From Bacteriovoracaceae bacterium (lineage in GTDB: Bacteria; Bdellovibrionota; Bacteriovoracia; Bacteriovoracales; Bacteriovoracaceae): a DNA stretch of 64,000 nt. This document shows positions 30,123 to 39,269 of the stretch, piece after piece. Position 1 is the stretch's first letter; every line of letters starts with the position of its first letter. Both the position numbers and the translations under genes were made by a program. The notes below the pieces were generated by a model, which saw only the letters and a list, made by a program, of their open reading frames with translations, was not told the origin of the DNA and did not search any database. The stretch is taken from NCBI GenBank assembly GCA_041586955.1, contig JBFGZE010000006.1:16744-80743 (forward strand), given 5' to 3'.

Positions 30123-30468
30123 AGACGAAAAGCTAATCCAAATGTCCCTGAAGATGATTTTGGAAAAAAATGGTGCACAAGTGGACACATCAAGTGATGG
30201 GAAAAGTGCCATAAGACTTTTGCAGGCCAATGAATATGATCGAATCATTTGTGACTTAATGCTTCAAGATATCTCAGGATTTGATATTCTTGAAGAGGCC
30301 AAGAAAAAATATTCAATTAAACAAATCTCTGATAAATTTATCATCATTACAGCATATAGCTCACCTCAAATAACTGAGCGTGTTAAAGCTTGGGGCTGTC
30401 TTTTAATTCCGAAGCCATTCGACGATATGAATAACGTTATCAATACCTTCTTAGGGAGAGCTCTTTGA
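30103..30468 (+). CDS. single-domain response regulator (receiver only)
   Basis: MKILLIEDE, CDLMLQDISG, IITAYS, PKPF; start ATG 30103. Confidence 0.92.
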   Translation: MKILLIEDEKLIQMSLKMILEKNGAQVDTSSDGKSAIRLLQANEYDRIICDLMLQDISGFDILEEAKKKYSIKQISDKFIIITAYSSPQITERVKAWGCLLIPKPFDDMNNVINTFLGRAL

Positions 30469-31367
30469 AAAAAAAGTATAAGTTTAAAAAAGTTGGAATT
30501 TTCCTAAAACCTCATTCGGTTCCTAGTTTCAATATTATCATCCCCAATATTTCCAAATGGCTTCATAATAGAGGCATTAATATTTATTTTAAGGAAGAAG
30601 AGGGGCCTCGACTAAAAAAAATATTTAAAACTCTCCCTAGCAATGTCTATTTACTTAACGAAGAAAAGATCCATAAGGAAACGGATCTAATCATTACATT
30701 TGGGGGTGATGGCACCCTTATTGGTGCGGCAAGAAAATCAAGACGAAATTCGCCACCACTTTTCGGCGTCAATATGGGCAACCTCGGTTTTATTACCGAG
30801 TTTTCTAAAAATGAGTATATCGATTATTTAGACATTATTCTAAAAGGGGATTACCAAAAATCGAAAGTAAATTTATTTAAAGTAGAAATTATCCGCCGAG
30901 AAAAGAAAGTTGCTCAGGCCTATTTTTTAAATGACGCTGTTTTTAGCAAGAATGATATTTCGCGCATCTTTTCTCTTTCCGTATCGAGTCAGGATGAGCC
31001 AATCTTTAATTTGTCCGGCGATGGTTTAATTATTAGTTCCCCCCTAGGCTCCACCGCCTATTCTCTCGCTGCAGGTGGACCAATTGTTCATCCCAATGCT
31101 AACTCCCTAATATTAAATCCTATTTGCCCGCATGTTTTAACTATGCGCCCAATCGTATTGCCAGATAAATATAAGGTAAAAGTAAAAATCCCCCCGGAGT
31201 CGAAATCAGTAATCCTTACCCTCGATGGCCAAGAGGCCTTCAATTTAGAAACAAGAGATATTATCCAAATATCTAAAAGTATGACTCGCTATTTTTATTT
31301 GATAAAAAATCCTGAAAAACGTTACTTTCACACCTTAAAAGAAAAATTTACTTTGGGGAGACGATAA
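30465..31367 (+). CDS. nadK: NAD kinase
   Basis: GGDGT, GVNMGNLGF, LND, GDGLIISSPLGSTAYSLAAGGP. Confidence 0.97.
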   Translation: MKKKYKFKKVGIFLKPHSVPSFNIIIPNISKWLHNRGINIYFKEEEGPRLKKIFKTLPSNVYLLNEEKIHKETDLIITFGGDGTLIGAARKSRRNSPPLFGVNMGNLGFITEFSKNEYIDYLDIILKGDYQKSKVNLFKVEIIRREKKVAQAYFLNDAVFSKNDISRIFSLSVSSQDEPIFNLSGDGLIISSPLGSTAYSLAAGGPIVHPNANSLILNPICPHVLTMRPIVLPDKYKVKVKIPPESKSVILTLDGQEAFNLETRDIIQISKSMTRYFYLIKNPEKRYFHTLKEKFTLGRR

Positions 31368-31368
31368 A

Positions 31369-32991
31369 ATGAAAGGCAAGATTTGGCTAGGCCACCTCTA
31401 TTTGAAAGATTTCGCAACATTTGAAAATCAAACCATCGAATTTTCCCCAGGATTTAATATTATCCTGGGTGAAACCGGTAGTGGTAAAAGTTTAATCATG
31501 GATGCCCTCACGCTAATTCTCGGTTCAAAGGCCAAGAAAAACATGATTCGTAGGACATGTGATAGCGCTGTTATTGAGGCCCACTTTAAAATTCAGGATG
31601 AGCAAACAAAAGAGTATTTCAACTCTATAGGTTTTCCTCTTACTAGTGATGAAGTAATCATTAAAAGAATTATTGATAAAAATGGGCGAAATAAAAACTA
31701 TCTCAACTTTCAATTGTGTCCTATTACCACACTTCAAGAAGTCTCTCATTTATTTATTGATCTGGTTGGTCAATTTGAAAATCAAAAATTGCTTCAACCA
31801 AAATATCAATTAGACCTCATTGATAATTATTCGGCAAATACCACCATTAAACCGAAATTCATTCAATCGTTTCGTGAACTGCAAGAGATCATTCAAAAAT
31901 TAAACCTATTCAATACGCGATTAATAGAGCTAAACCAAAAAAAAGATTTTATCCTTTACCAATTAGAGAAAATTGAAGAATTAAATCCGACAGAGAATCG
32001 TGAAGCACAATTGATTCATCAAAAAGAAGAGCTCATCAATTTACAAAATAATATTGTAACAATTAATCAGTCCATTGATCTTATCAATAATGAGAGCAAT
32101 GGAATCATTAAATCACTCAACACTTTAACAAAAAACCTAGACTCCTTCGACTTTATCAAATCAGATCAAAGGAATGAGATTGAAAACATTAAAGATATTA
32201 TCAATGAATTAGGATTCCATCTCAGCCAAAAAACTGAAAAAGAGTTTAATCAAGAAAACCTTGACCAAATACTGGACGAACTTGATCAATACCAACAGTT
32301 GAAAAGAAAATTTGGTGGAAGTATTGAAACTTTAATCGCCGCCCAGACTCAATTTTCAAAAGAGTTAAGTGAAATAAATCTGCTCGAAAATAATGTAGAA
32401 AAGCTTACGGCCGATCTCGTTAAACATGAAAATGCTTGTCTTAAAAATGCCAAGACACTTCACCTTGATAGGATTAAAACTTCGACTAAGCTTTCCAAAT
32501 TATTAACAACAGAATTGCAAGACCTGAATATGGAAGGATCGGAAATTAAAATAGATCTTCATGAAACCAACCTTGGGGAACAAGGAATCTCAAAAGTTTC
32601 TCTCAAAGCTCAGACGAATCCAGGAGAAGGCTTTCATCGACTTTCTGATATCGCCTCAGGAGGTGAACTTTCACGCATCTTGCTAGCGATGAGGAAAATT
32701 ATTAGCTCCAACGAGTCCATTTCTATCTTCTTTTTTGATGAGATCGATACCGGTATTGGAGGGAAAACCGCCTTACGTATCGGCTCTTCTCTTAAGGATG
32801 TGGCCAAGAAATCCCAAGTTATCTCGATAACTCACTTGCCACAAATCGCCAAATACGGGGATTGGTTTATCCAGGTAGAGAAGAGTACACATCAATTAAA
32901 TGATGGCTCCCATCGCACCGTTTCTTCCATTATCACCTATGATAAGAATAAAAAAGATCAGGCCATCAGTGAGCTTAGTCCAATTCAATAA
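31369..32991 (+). CDS. recN: DNA repair protein RecN
   Basis: GETGSGKS, NPGE, IASGGELSR, FFDEIDTGIGG, ITHLPQIA; conserved nadK-recN adjacency. Confidence 0.96.
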   Translation: MKGKIWLGHLYLKDFATFENQTIEFSPGFNIILGETGSGKSLIMDALTLILGSKAKKNMIRRTCDSAVIEAHFKIQDEQTKEYFNSIGFPLTSDEVIIKRIIDKNGRNKNYLNFQLCPITTLQEVSHLFIDLVGQFENQKLLQPKYQLDLIDNYSANTTIKPKFIQSFRELQEIIQKLNLFNTRLIELNQKKDFILYQLEKIEELNPTENREAQLIHQKEELINLQNNIVTINQSIDLINNESNGIIKSLNTLTKNLDSFDFIKSDQRNEIENIKDIINELGFHLSQKTEKEFNQENLDQILDELDQYQQLKRKFGGSIETLIAAQTQFSKELSEINLLENNVEKLTADLVKHENACLKNAKTLHLDRIKTSTKLSKLLTTELQDLNMEGSEIKIDLHETNLGEQGISKVSLKAQTNPGEGFHRLSDIASGGELSRILLAMRKIISSNESISIFFFDEIDTGIGGKTALRIGSSLKDVAKKSQVISITHLPQIAKYGDWFIQVEKSTHQLNDGSHRTVSSIITYDKNKKDQAISELSPIQ

Positions 32992-33730
32992 GCTGGCATT
33001 GCTTTCCATTAAAGTAGATACAGCTTTTTGTTATCGGAAAAAAACCATTATTTAAATATTCGGCGTTATTAAAACTATAATGGTCTAAACAATGACTATG
33101 GCCACATATCAAAAAATGAATATTCAATTGATTCGTTAATTTTTCGAAAATACGCCGCGATTTAGATTTAACAAAATCAAGATTTGATATATCTCCGTAT
33201 TTTTCCGAGTTTCTTTTCTTGGAATTATTCGATGCTTGATGGCCAACTTTACTAATGAAATTAAACGAAACTAAATCATCCGCTAAATACTGAATAAATC
33301 GACTTCTTATTATCCATTTATAAAATTGATAGCCACGATTTTCCAGATCAATTTCATCCCCATGGCAAAAAAGAAAATTCTTGCCAGCTATTTTAATTTT
33401 GAGTGGCGAGTTCAAATATTGAAGTTTATTATTATCAAAAAAGATCTTGTATCTTTCTCTTAATAAGTTTTTAAAATGGAAGTCATGATTACCTTCAAAA
33501 AAATAAATTTCCTTTCCGGCTTCCAATAAATTTTGAACCACTAAGAAAAATTCCTGGTAATAATCTACATATTCAACCTTACTACCGACCAATAAATCAA
33601 AAATATCTCCCAGGAAAAATATCTTATTCACTTTTTCTGTATGTGATGAATTTAACGCTTTTATTAATAATTGGTACTGTGGATCATTTGTATTTTTAAT
33701 ATGGATATCTGAGAAGGATAGAAACGACAT
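32975..33730 (-). CDS. lpxH: UDP-2,3-diacylglucosamine hydrolase-like metallophosphoesterase
   Basis: SDIH, LGDIFD, EGNHD, HGD, CGHSH motifs; start ATG 33730. Confidence 0.8.
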   Translation of the reverse strand: MSFLSFSDIHIKNTNDPQYQLLIKALNSSHTEKVNKIFFLGDIFDLLVGSKVEYVDYYQEFFLVVQNLLEAGKEIYFFEGNHDFHFKNLLRERYKIFFDNNKLQYLNSPLKIKIAGKNFLFCHGDEIDLENRGYQFYKWIIRSRFIQYLADDLVSFNFISKVGHQASNNSKKRNSEKYGDISNLDFVKSKSRRIFEKLTNQLNIHFLICGHSHCLDHYSFNNAEYLNNGFFPITKSCIYFNGKQCQLIELD

Positions 33731-33775
33731 GGTAAGATTATATACACGAATCAAGTAACATCAAATTTTATTTTT

Positions 33776-33819
33776 GGCCCAAGGACCTCCTCTGAGTTTT
33801 CACCCAGAGGAGGAGGGCC
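33776..33819 (-). other. strong intergenic hairpin with GAAA tetraloop
   Basis: Minus strand CCTCCTCTGGGT-GAAA-ACTCAGAGGAGG (12 bp), extended by GGCCC/GGGCC. Confidence 0.6.
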
Positions 33820-33898
33820 TAAAATTAGGATCTAATAAGCATTGCTCAAACTTAAAAGACCCTTTATTTTTGCTACAATGAGCACATACTTGGGGTAT

Positions 33899-33926
33899 AA
33901 AAAGGAGGGGCCATAAAACCCCCTCC
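33899..33926 (-). terminator. intrinsic terminator of the flagellin at 33930-34760
   Basis: GGAGGGG...CCCCTCC followed by TTTTT, immediately after the stop codon. Confidence 0.8.
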
Positions 33927-33929
33927 ATC

Positions 33930-34760
33930 TTAACCAATTAATCTTAATGCTGAGTTTGGTAATGAATTAGCTTGTGCCAATGTTGATATACCAGCACCCT
34001 TAATGACATTAGTTGAGGCCAATGCTGCAGCTTCTTCAGCAACATCCACATCTTGGATAACTGATCGCGCATGATCCTGGTTAATCGTCTGAACTTCTAG
34101 GTTGTTAACCGCAGACTTAAGTCGACTTTGAGTAGCACCAAGATTGGCACGTTGACCCGACACTTGCTTAATTGCCTCATCGATTGCTTCAATCGAATCT
34201 GTCGCATCACCTTTATCGGCAACTCCTGTTCCACTAATGCCAATAGCACTTGAACTGGCATCCGCTTCGCCGGCCTCGAATGTAATCTTATTTTGTTCAC
34301 CCGCAAATGCACCCACCTGGAAATCCATAGTGTCGCCTTCACCGGCCAATAATTTTGTTCCATTAAATACTGTTGATTCAGCAACGCGGTCAACTTCTTC
34401 AATTAACTGTTGGTATTCTTTGTCGAGGAAGCCTCTTTCTTGCTCACCAACTGTATCCGAACTTGCTTGAATCGTTAACTCTCTTAAGCGCACAAGCATA
34501 TGTGATAATTCGTTCAAACCACCTTCAGCCGTTTGCACAAGTGATATACCGTCATTTGCATTTCGTGTCGCTTGTCTAAGACCTTTAGTCTGTGCCTCTA
34601 GAGATGTGGCAATGGCCAAACCGGCAGCGTCATCTGCTGCTTTTGTAATCCGTTTACCTGATGATAATTTCTCTAACGAATCATCACCCTTTGAGGCGAC
34701 TTGCCTTAAGTTTTTCTGCACCGTTTGGGAAGCAATGTTTGTCGCAATTCTTAAGCCCAT
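33930..34760 (-). CDS. fliC: flagellin (short, 276 aa)
   Basis: MGLRIATN, LSSGKRI..AADDAAGLAI, NANDGISLVQTAEGGL, RANLGA.QSRL. Confidence 0.97.
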   Translation of the reverse strand: MGLRIATNIASQTVQKNLRQVASKGDDSLEKLSSGKRITKAADDAAGLAIATSLEAQTKGLRQATRNANDGISLVQTAEGGLNELSHMLVRLRELTIQASSDTVGEQERGFLDKEYQQLIEEVDRVAESTVFNGTKLLAGEGDTMDFQVGAFAGEQNKITFEAGEADASSSAIGISGTGVADKGDATDSIEAIDEAIKQVSGQRANLGATQSRLKSAVNNLEVQTINQDHARSVIQDVDVAEEAAALASTNVIKGAGISTLAQANSLPNSALRLIG

Positions 34761-34809
34761 TTTTAACTCCTTGTTTTGTTATTCTGACTAGTTTTGTCAG
34801 ACACTAAAC

Positions 34810-34836
34810 ATATCGTCGGTACTCATAATTACTTTA
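34810..34836 (-). promoter_or_regulatory. sigma28 (FliA) promoter
   Basis: TAAA (34836-34833), N15, GACGATAT (34817-34810). Confidence 0.8.
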
Positions 34837-34898
34837 GTATCAGGGTCAAGTATTTTGTGAATTTTTTCTAGAAAATATTTAAATTTAGGTGGTTAGGC

Positions 34899-34927
34899 AA
34901 AAAAAAACCTCCCATACGGGAGGTTTT
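34899..34927 (-). terminator. intrinsic terminator of the flagellin at 34950-35783
   Basis: AAAACCTCCC-GTAT-GGGAGG followed by T9 on the minus strand. Confidence 0.88.
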
Positions 34928-34949
34928 AGAAGGGAAATATCTATGATTC

Positions 34950-35783
34950 TTAACCAATCAACTTCAAGGCTACAGAACTTGAAGTATTTGCTTGGGCCAA
35001 AACGGAAGTACTTGAAGCAGTTAAGACGTTGGTCATGGCCAAATTCGCACTTTCCTGCGCAATATCAGTGTCTCTAATGCGAGAGTTTGCAGCTGATAAG
35101 TTTTCATTTTGTATTTCTAAGTTTCTAATCGTTGATTGAAGCCTATTTTGTAGAGCACCCATCTGCGCTCTATTAGTATTAACATGACTAATTGCATTAT
35201 CCAAAACTTCTAAATTTTCTTGCGAGGATTCCTTGGTGCTCACATTAAGACCTTCGACACCTATGGCCTCGGCCCGCACACTACTTTCCTGTGGTTTATA
35301 ATTAAGACGGTCATTTTCTGGATTATTATGAATTCCAATTTGAAAATCCATTGTATCACCTTCACCTGATAATAAGCTCTTTCCATTAAAGGTGGTTGAT
35401 GTGGCAATACGTTCAACTTCCTTAGTTAATTGTTGGAATTCCATATTTGAATAAGTACGTTCTTTTTCACCTACCGTATCCGAGGCAGCTTGAATTGAGA
35501 GTTCTCTCAAACGAACAAGTATATTTGACACTTCATTAAGTCCGCCTTCAGCGGTTTGAATTAAAGAGACACCATCGTTCGCATTTCTTGTCGCTTGGCG
35601 AGTACCTCTAATATGTGATTTGATTTTTTCTGAGATGGCCAGCCCTGCAGCATCGTCCCCGGCCTTATTGATTCGGCTACCACTAGCTAATTTCTCTAAT
35701 GCTTTGCCTTGTTTCTTTTTTACTTCTCCAATACTTCTTTGTGCTGACAATGATTGGATGTTTGTAGCAATTCGTAAACCCAT
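34950..35783 (-). CDS. fliC: flagellin (short, 277 aa)
   Basis: MGLRIATN, LASGSRINKAGDDAAGLAISE, QTAEGGLNE, RAQMGALQNRL, SRIRDTDIA. Confidence 0.97.
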   Translation of the reverse strand: MGLRIATNIQSLSAQRSIGEVKKKQGKALEKLASGSRINKAGDDAAGLAISEKIKSHIRGTRQATRNANDGVSLIQTAEGGLNEVSNILVRLRELSIQAASDTVGEKERTYSNMEFQQLTKEVERIATSTTFNGKSLLSGEGDTMDFQIGIHNNPENDRLNYKPQESSVRAEAIGVEGLNVSTKESSQENLEVLDNAISHVNTNRAQMGALQNRLQSTIRNLEIQNENLSAANSRIRDTDIAQESANLAMTNVLTASSTSVLAQANTSSSVALKLIG

Positions 35784-35894
35784 TTTATACTCCTAGAATC
35801 AGATATACCCTCCTTGAAAAAGTTAAAACCAAACAACCATGTTTGATATTTTAAATCGGCCAGCGCTTTTTCCCTATTGGCGCCGACAAAAACA

Positions 35895-35921
35895 GTATCG
35901 TCTGTCATCCGATTTACTTGA
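35895..35921 (-). promoter_or_regulatory. sigma28 (FliA) promoter
   Basis: TCAA (35921-35918), N15, GACGATAC (35902-35895); same spacing and -10 core as the other flagellin promoter. Confidence 0.75.
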
Positions 35922-35983
35922 GTATTTTTTTTAATAATTTTAAGTATTTACGAGTGTTTTGGTCAGGTATTAGCAATAACTAT

Positions 35984-36439
35984 CTAAGATCGTATTGATT
36001 CAATTACATTAGTGGTGGAATAACCAGTCTTAAAGCTAAGACTTTTAACCTCTCCACCTTGAGATAAGACAAAGTCGCTTCCCACGATTTGATTAATTTT
36101 CCAATCACCACCCTTAACAAGTAGGTTTGGGTTCACTAATTTTATTAACTCCAAAGGAGTGTCTTCATCAAAAATTTCGACAAAATCAATTGCTCTCAAA
36201 TTTTGCAAAACAAAGCGCCGATCATTTTGATTATTGATTGGCCGTTCAGGCCCCTTTAAGCGCTTAACGCTTTGATCTGAATTGAGCCCCATAAAAAGAA
36301 TATCTCCCAAGGCCTTTGCCTCATTAAGATATTCAATATGACCTCTATGGAGAATATCGAAGCACCCATTGGTAAAGACAATCTTCTTATTCTTATTTTT
36401 AGACAAGAAGTCTTTTGCCTCTTGGGATAGAACAGTCAT
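35984..36439 (-). CDS. rfaE2: D-glycero-beta-D-manno-heptose 1-phosphate adenylyltransferase
   Basis: FTNGCFDILHRGH, GLNSDQSVKRLKGPERP, LVKGGDW, STT. Confidence 0.93.
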   Translation of the reverse strand: MTVLSQEAKDFLSKNKNKKIVFTNGCFDILHRGHIEYLNEAKALGDILFMGLNSDQSVKRLKGPERPINNQNDRRFVLQNLRAIDFVEIFDEDTPLELIKLVNPNLLVKGGDWKINQIVGSDFVLSQGGEVKSLSFKTGYSTTNVIESIRS

Positions 36440-37179
36440 TATTGAACAACTTTTGTATTAGATATTTTATTATGGAAACCAAGTAACAACGGGAGTCCTA
36501 ACATTAAAAACGAACCAACACAGAGAAAAGATCTCAATAACGTTTGCTTTAAAGTTAGCTTATCACCCACAGTGCTAATTAAACAAATACCGAACAAGGC
36601 CTTACCTGGAGTTCCGACTAAATCAAGAAAAGAAAAATACAAGGCATAAAAGAAGACTCCTAATAAAGTCAGTGCCACCTTAATTTCCATATATTGAAAC
36701 ATTCCTTTAAACTCACTCCACTTCAATCCGGAGAGCAAAATAAAGGCCAAGGTTAAAACCGAAAATAATAATAATAAAAATAGGAAATCAATGCTCCAAG
36801 CTAATAGATTAACTGTCAGGGAGCTTTCTTTTTCCTTCTTTTTAATAATTAATTTTTCTTGGAGGGGGGCCTGAGGAGCTTGTAGCCTTTTATTGTCTGA
36901 ATTATAAAATAAATCAAGGCCGGACTTCTTGGCCAAATTTAAATTTTGAATCTTCTCTTTATTATCACTTGATATCTCATCAAGGTTTTTTTGTTTTGAT
37001 GCTTCTATAGGTCGCACAGGCGTCGCCACCGTCCTGGTATGACGAGGCTCTTTTTGATCTTTTTTGTCGTGAAAACCTAATCCCCTCGTAAGGGGTTTAA
37101 AGGATAAGTCATCCAATTCAAATTCATCAAAATTGACAATAATTTTTGATTTTTCTGGATTCTGACCTTCTATATTCAT
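36439..37179 (-). CDS. RDD family membrane protein with a disordered N-terminus
   Basis: LLAWSID, TM helices, GTPGKALFGI, LLRSF; start probably ATG 37179. Confidence 0.75.
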   Translation of the reverse strand: MNIEGQNPEKSKIIVNFDEFELDDLSFKPLTRGLGFHDKKDQKEPRHTRTVATPVRPIEASKQKNLDEISSDNKEKIQNLNLAKKSGLDLFYNSDNKRLQAPQAPLQEKLIIKKKEKESSLTVNLLAWSIDFLFLLLLFSVLTLAFILLSGLKWSEFKGMFQYMEIKVALTLLGVFFYALYFSFLDLVGTPGKALFGICLISTVGDKLTLKQTLLRSFLCVGSFLMLGLPLLLGFHNKISNTKVVQ

Positions 37180-37214
37180 AAGTACCCCTTTTTTCGATTT
37201 TTCCATATTTGTCA

Positions 37215-37919
37215 TCAAGCGTCAACGACACGTGAGCAAATAGCACCCAGAGCGACTGCACTGGCGGTAGGAGAGCGTAAAATAGGAGTAGGAAACTGAA
37301 TGAATTGAATATTAGGTAATTCTGCAAGAAACTTCTCTTCGGCCTCTGAGAAGCCGGCCTCCGGCCCAATCAGTACCAATATTTTATCATCAGGTAAAAA
37401 TGATGATGAAGAGAGGTTGTGCCCCCGCTGGGTCGAGCAACAAAACACAGTCTGATATTGAGACCAAGCAGAAAAATTCATTAAATGTTTTTGCTCTTCA
37501 ATCGCCATCAAATAAGGATTATTCGATTGCTCCATAGCTCCCTGAAGAATTCTATCAACCCTTGAGCTTGGCCTAAAAGAGTATTGAGAAAATTCACTTA
37601 ATAAAGGCCATACTTTTCCCACTCCACACTCAACCGCATGGCGCAGGATTTCCTCTGTGGCCTCTTTTTTTGGTAAAGCGATGGCCAGGTCTATAGAATG
37701 CTTCTTTTTATATTGATATTTTTCTTCCTGTAGTAGATTAAGAGACTTCCTTTCAATAGCGGTAATTTTATAAAGACCCCCGTTTCCTATTCCATCTAAA
37801 ATTAAAACCTTATCACCAATCCGAGCTCGTGCCACCTTCACAAGGTGGTGAAACGAATCATCTAAAATAGATAATTCTCTTTCCTGCCAATCAATTTCAG
37901 GTCTTAATAGGGCCCGCAT
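37215..37919 (-). CDS. rsmE: 16S rRNA m3U1498 methyltransferase
   Basis: HHLVKVAR, AVECGV, AMEQS, IGPEAGFS, ILRSPTA; ATG overlaps the prmA stop (TAATG). Confidence 0.93.
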   Translation of the reverse strand: MRALLRPEIDWQERELSILDDSFHHLVKVARARIGDKVLILDGIGNGGLYKITAIERKSLNLLQEEKYQYKKKHSIDLAIALPKKEATEEILRHAVECGVGKVWPLLSEFSQYSFRPSSRVDRILQGAMEQSNNPYLMAIEEQKHLMNFSAWSQYQTVFCCSTQRGHNLSSSSFLPDDKILVLIGPEAGFSEAEEKFLAELPNIQFIQFPTPILRSPTASAVALGAICSRVVDA

Positions 37920-38875
37920 TATTTCTTCCTCAATAAAATCGCACACCAATCATTCTTCTTAATCGTTTCGATATGATCAAATTGATCTTGAAAATGATTT
38001 TTAATAGTATCCCCCTGCTCAATTAAGAGACCAGATAAAACCAAATATCCACTCTTTTTCACGGCCTTTCTTAACGAATCAGCCTCATGAATAATGACAG
38101 GTTCAAGAATATTCGCAAACACTAAGTCATACTCTCGAGACACAACAAAACGGCTTCGGAGCAATAATTGGGAACCTTGAGTAAACTGATCATCCCAATT
38201 GAGGTTAATATTATAAAGACAATTATCAAGAGCAGCGGGATCGATATCGACAAAGTCAACTCGTGACTGTGACTTTTTAATGGCCCCAATTCCCAAAATC
38301 CCGGAGCCACAACCAAAGTCTAAAATCTCACCGAGAGAAACTTTCTCCTGGCATAGTCGGTCAAAAAACCTTAAGCATAATTCTGTTGTTTCATGTGTTC
38401 CAGTGCCAAAACCCATACCTGGATAAATATATATATCCTTATGTGAATTTTCGTTTTTCAGCCAAGAGGGGACGACACTTAATTCATCAGAAATATAAAT
38501 CGGTCTATAAAAGGATCGCCATAATTTATTCCAATCTTCTGTTTCTTTAATACTAACGATAAAATCTGAATAAGGAATATCATTCGCAGAGAGGACTTCT
38601 TCAATCACTTTAATTTGGGGAACAATTGAGTGAGAGAAATAAATTTTAAGTTTTACATCATTTGTAAATAATTTATCCTCTACTTCATTTAAAACCTCGA
38701 GACTAATATCGCCCCCAGAGAAAGCGCGGTCACCTAAAATCTCGTCGACTTTACTTTCATCGATATTAAAAAATTCAATACCAAGACATGAAAACTCCTG
38801 TGCAATATGCCCAATCTGATCCAAATTATCTTTGGAAGTTGTCATCTCAATTCTTACGTATTGGTTATCACTCAT
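37919..38875 (-). CDS. prmA: ribosomal protein L11 methyltransferase
   Basis: DWNKLW, PGMGFGTGTHETT, LDFGCGSGIL, DID, ANIL, LSGL. Confidence 0.95.
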   Translation of the reverse strand: MSDNQYVRIEMTTSKDNLDQIGHIAQEFSCLGIEFFNIDESKVDEILGDRAFSGGDISLEVLNEVEDKLFTNDVKLKIYFSHSIVPQIKVIEEVLSANDIPYSDFIVSIKETEDWNKLWRSFYRPIYISDELSVVPSWLKNENSHKDIYIYPGMGFGTGTHETTELCLRFFDRLCQEKVSLGEILDFGCGSGILGIGAIKKSQSRVDFVDIDPAALDNCLYNINLNWDDQFTQGSQLLLRSRFVVSREYDLVFANILEPVIIHEADSLRKAVKKSGYLVLSGLLIEQGDTIKNHFQDQFDHIETIKKNDWCAILLRKK

Positions 38876-39077
38876 TTTGCGTATCCATTTTCAATCTCTA
38901 AAAGGGGTAAAAATAACCATTAGATTGAGGTTTCATTTTGTTTAAATATTTTTACCTATCCATACAATATCTAGGTCCCAAAGATCAATATGAGGTATTT
39001 CATTTACAATCACGCCAACGTGCCACGCAGCGCACAACGCCTTCCATTTGTTATTACCACGTATTGTTTGTTTTTCA

Positions 39078-39269
39078 TTAAGGCGATTGCTGACGATTCC
39101 TTTTATTCATTTCAAGGTAAGCCATTTTTTTAACCTCAAAAAATTTAAACTCACTACCAATGTTTTGGTCGATGATTTCTGAAAAGGATTGATAAGCAAA
39201 ACAGTTCTTATCCACCTTTTCATGACTGTCGACCAACGATTTAAGATAGGAAGAAAGAAAAAGTGCCAT
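39078..39269 (-). CDS. possible small hypothetical protein (63 aa)
   Basis: Protein-like ORF in a 530-bp intergenic gap; no recognisable motif and weak SD. Confidence 0.3.
   Translation of the reverse strand: MALFLSSYLKSLVDSHEKVDKNCFAYQSFSEIIDQNIGSEFKFFEVKKMAYLEMNKRNRQQSP

Noticed and set aside
33930..35783. Tandem flagellins as an assembly duplicate or phase-variation cassette
   Set aside because: The copies are clearly diverged, each has its own promoter and terminator, and no invertase or inverted repeats are seen.
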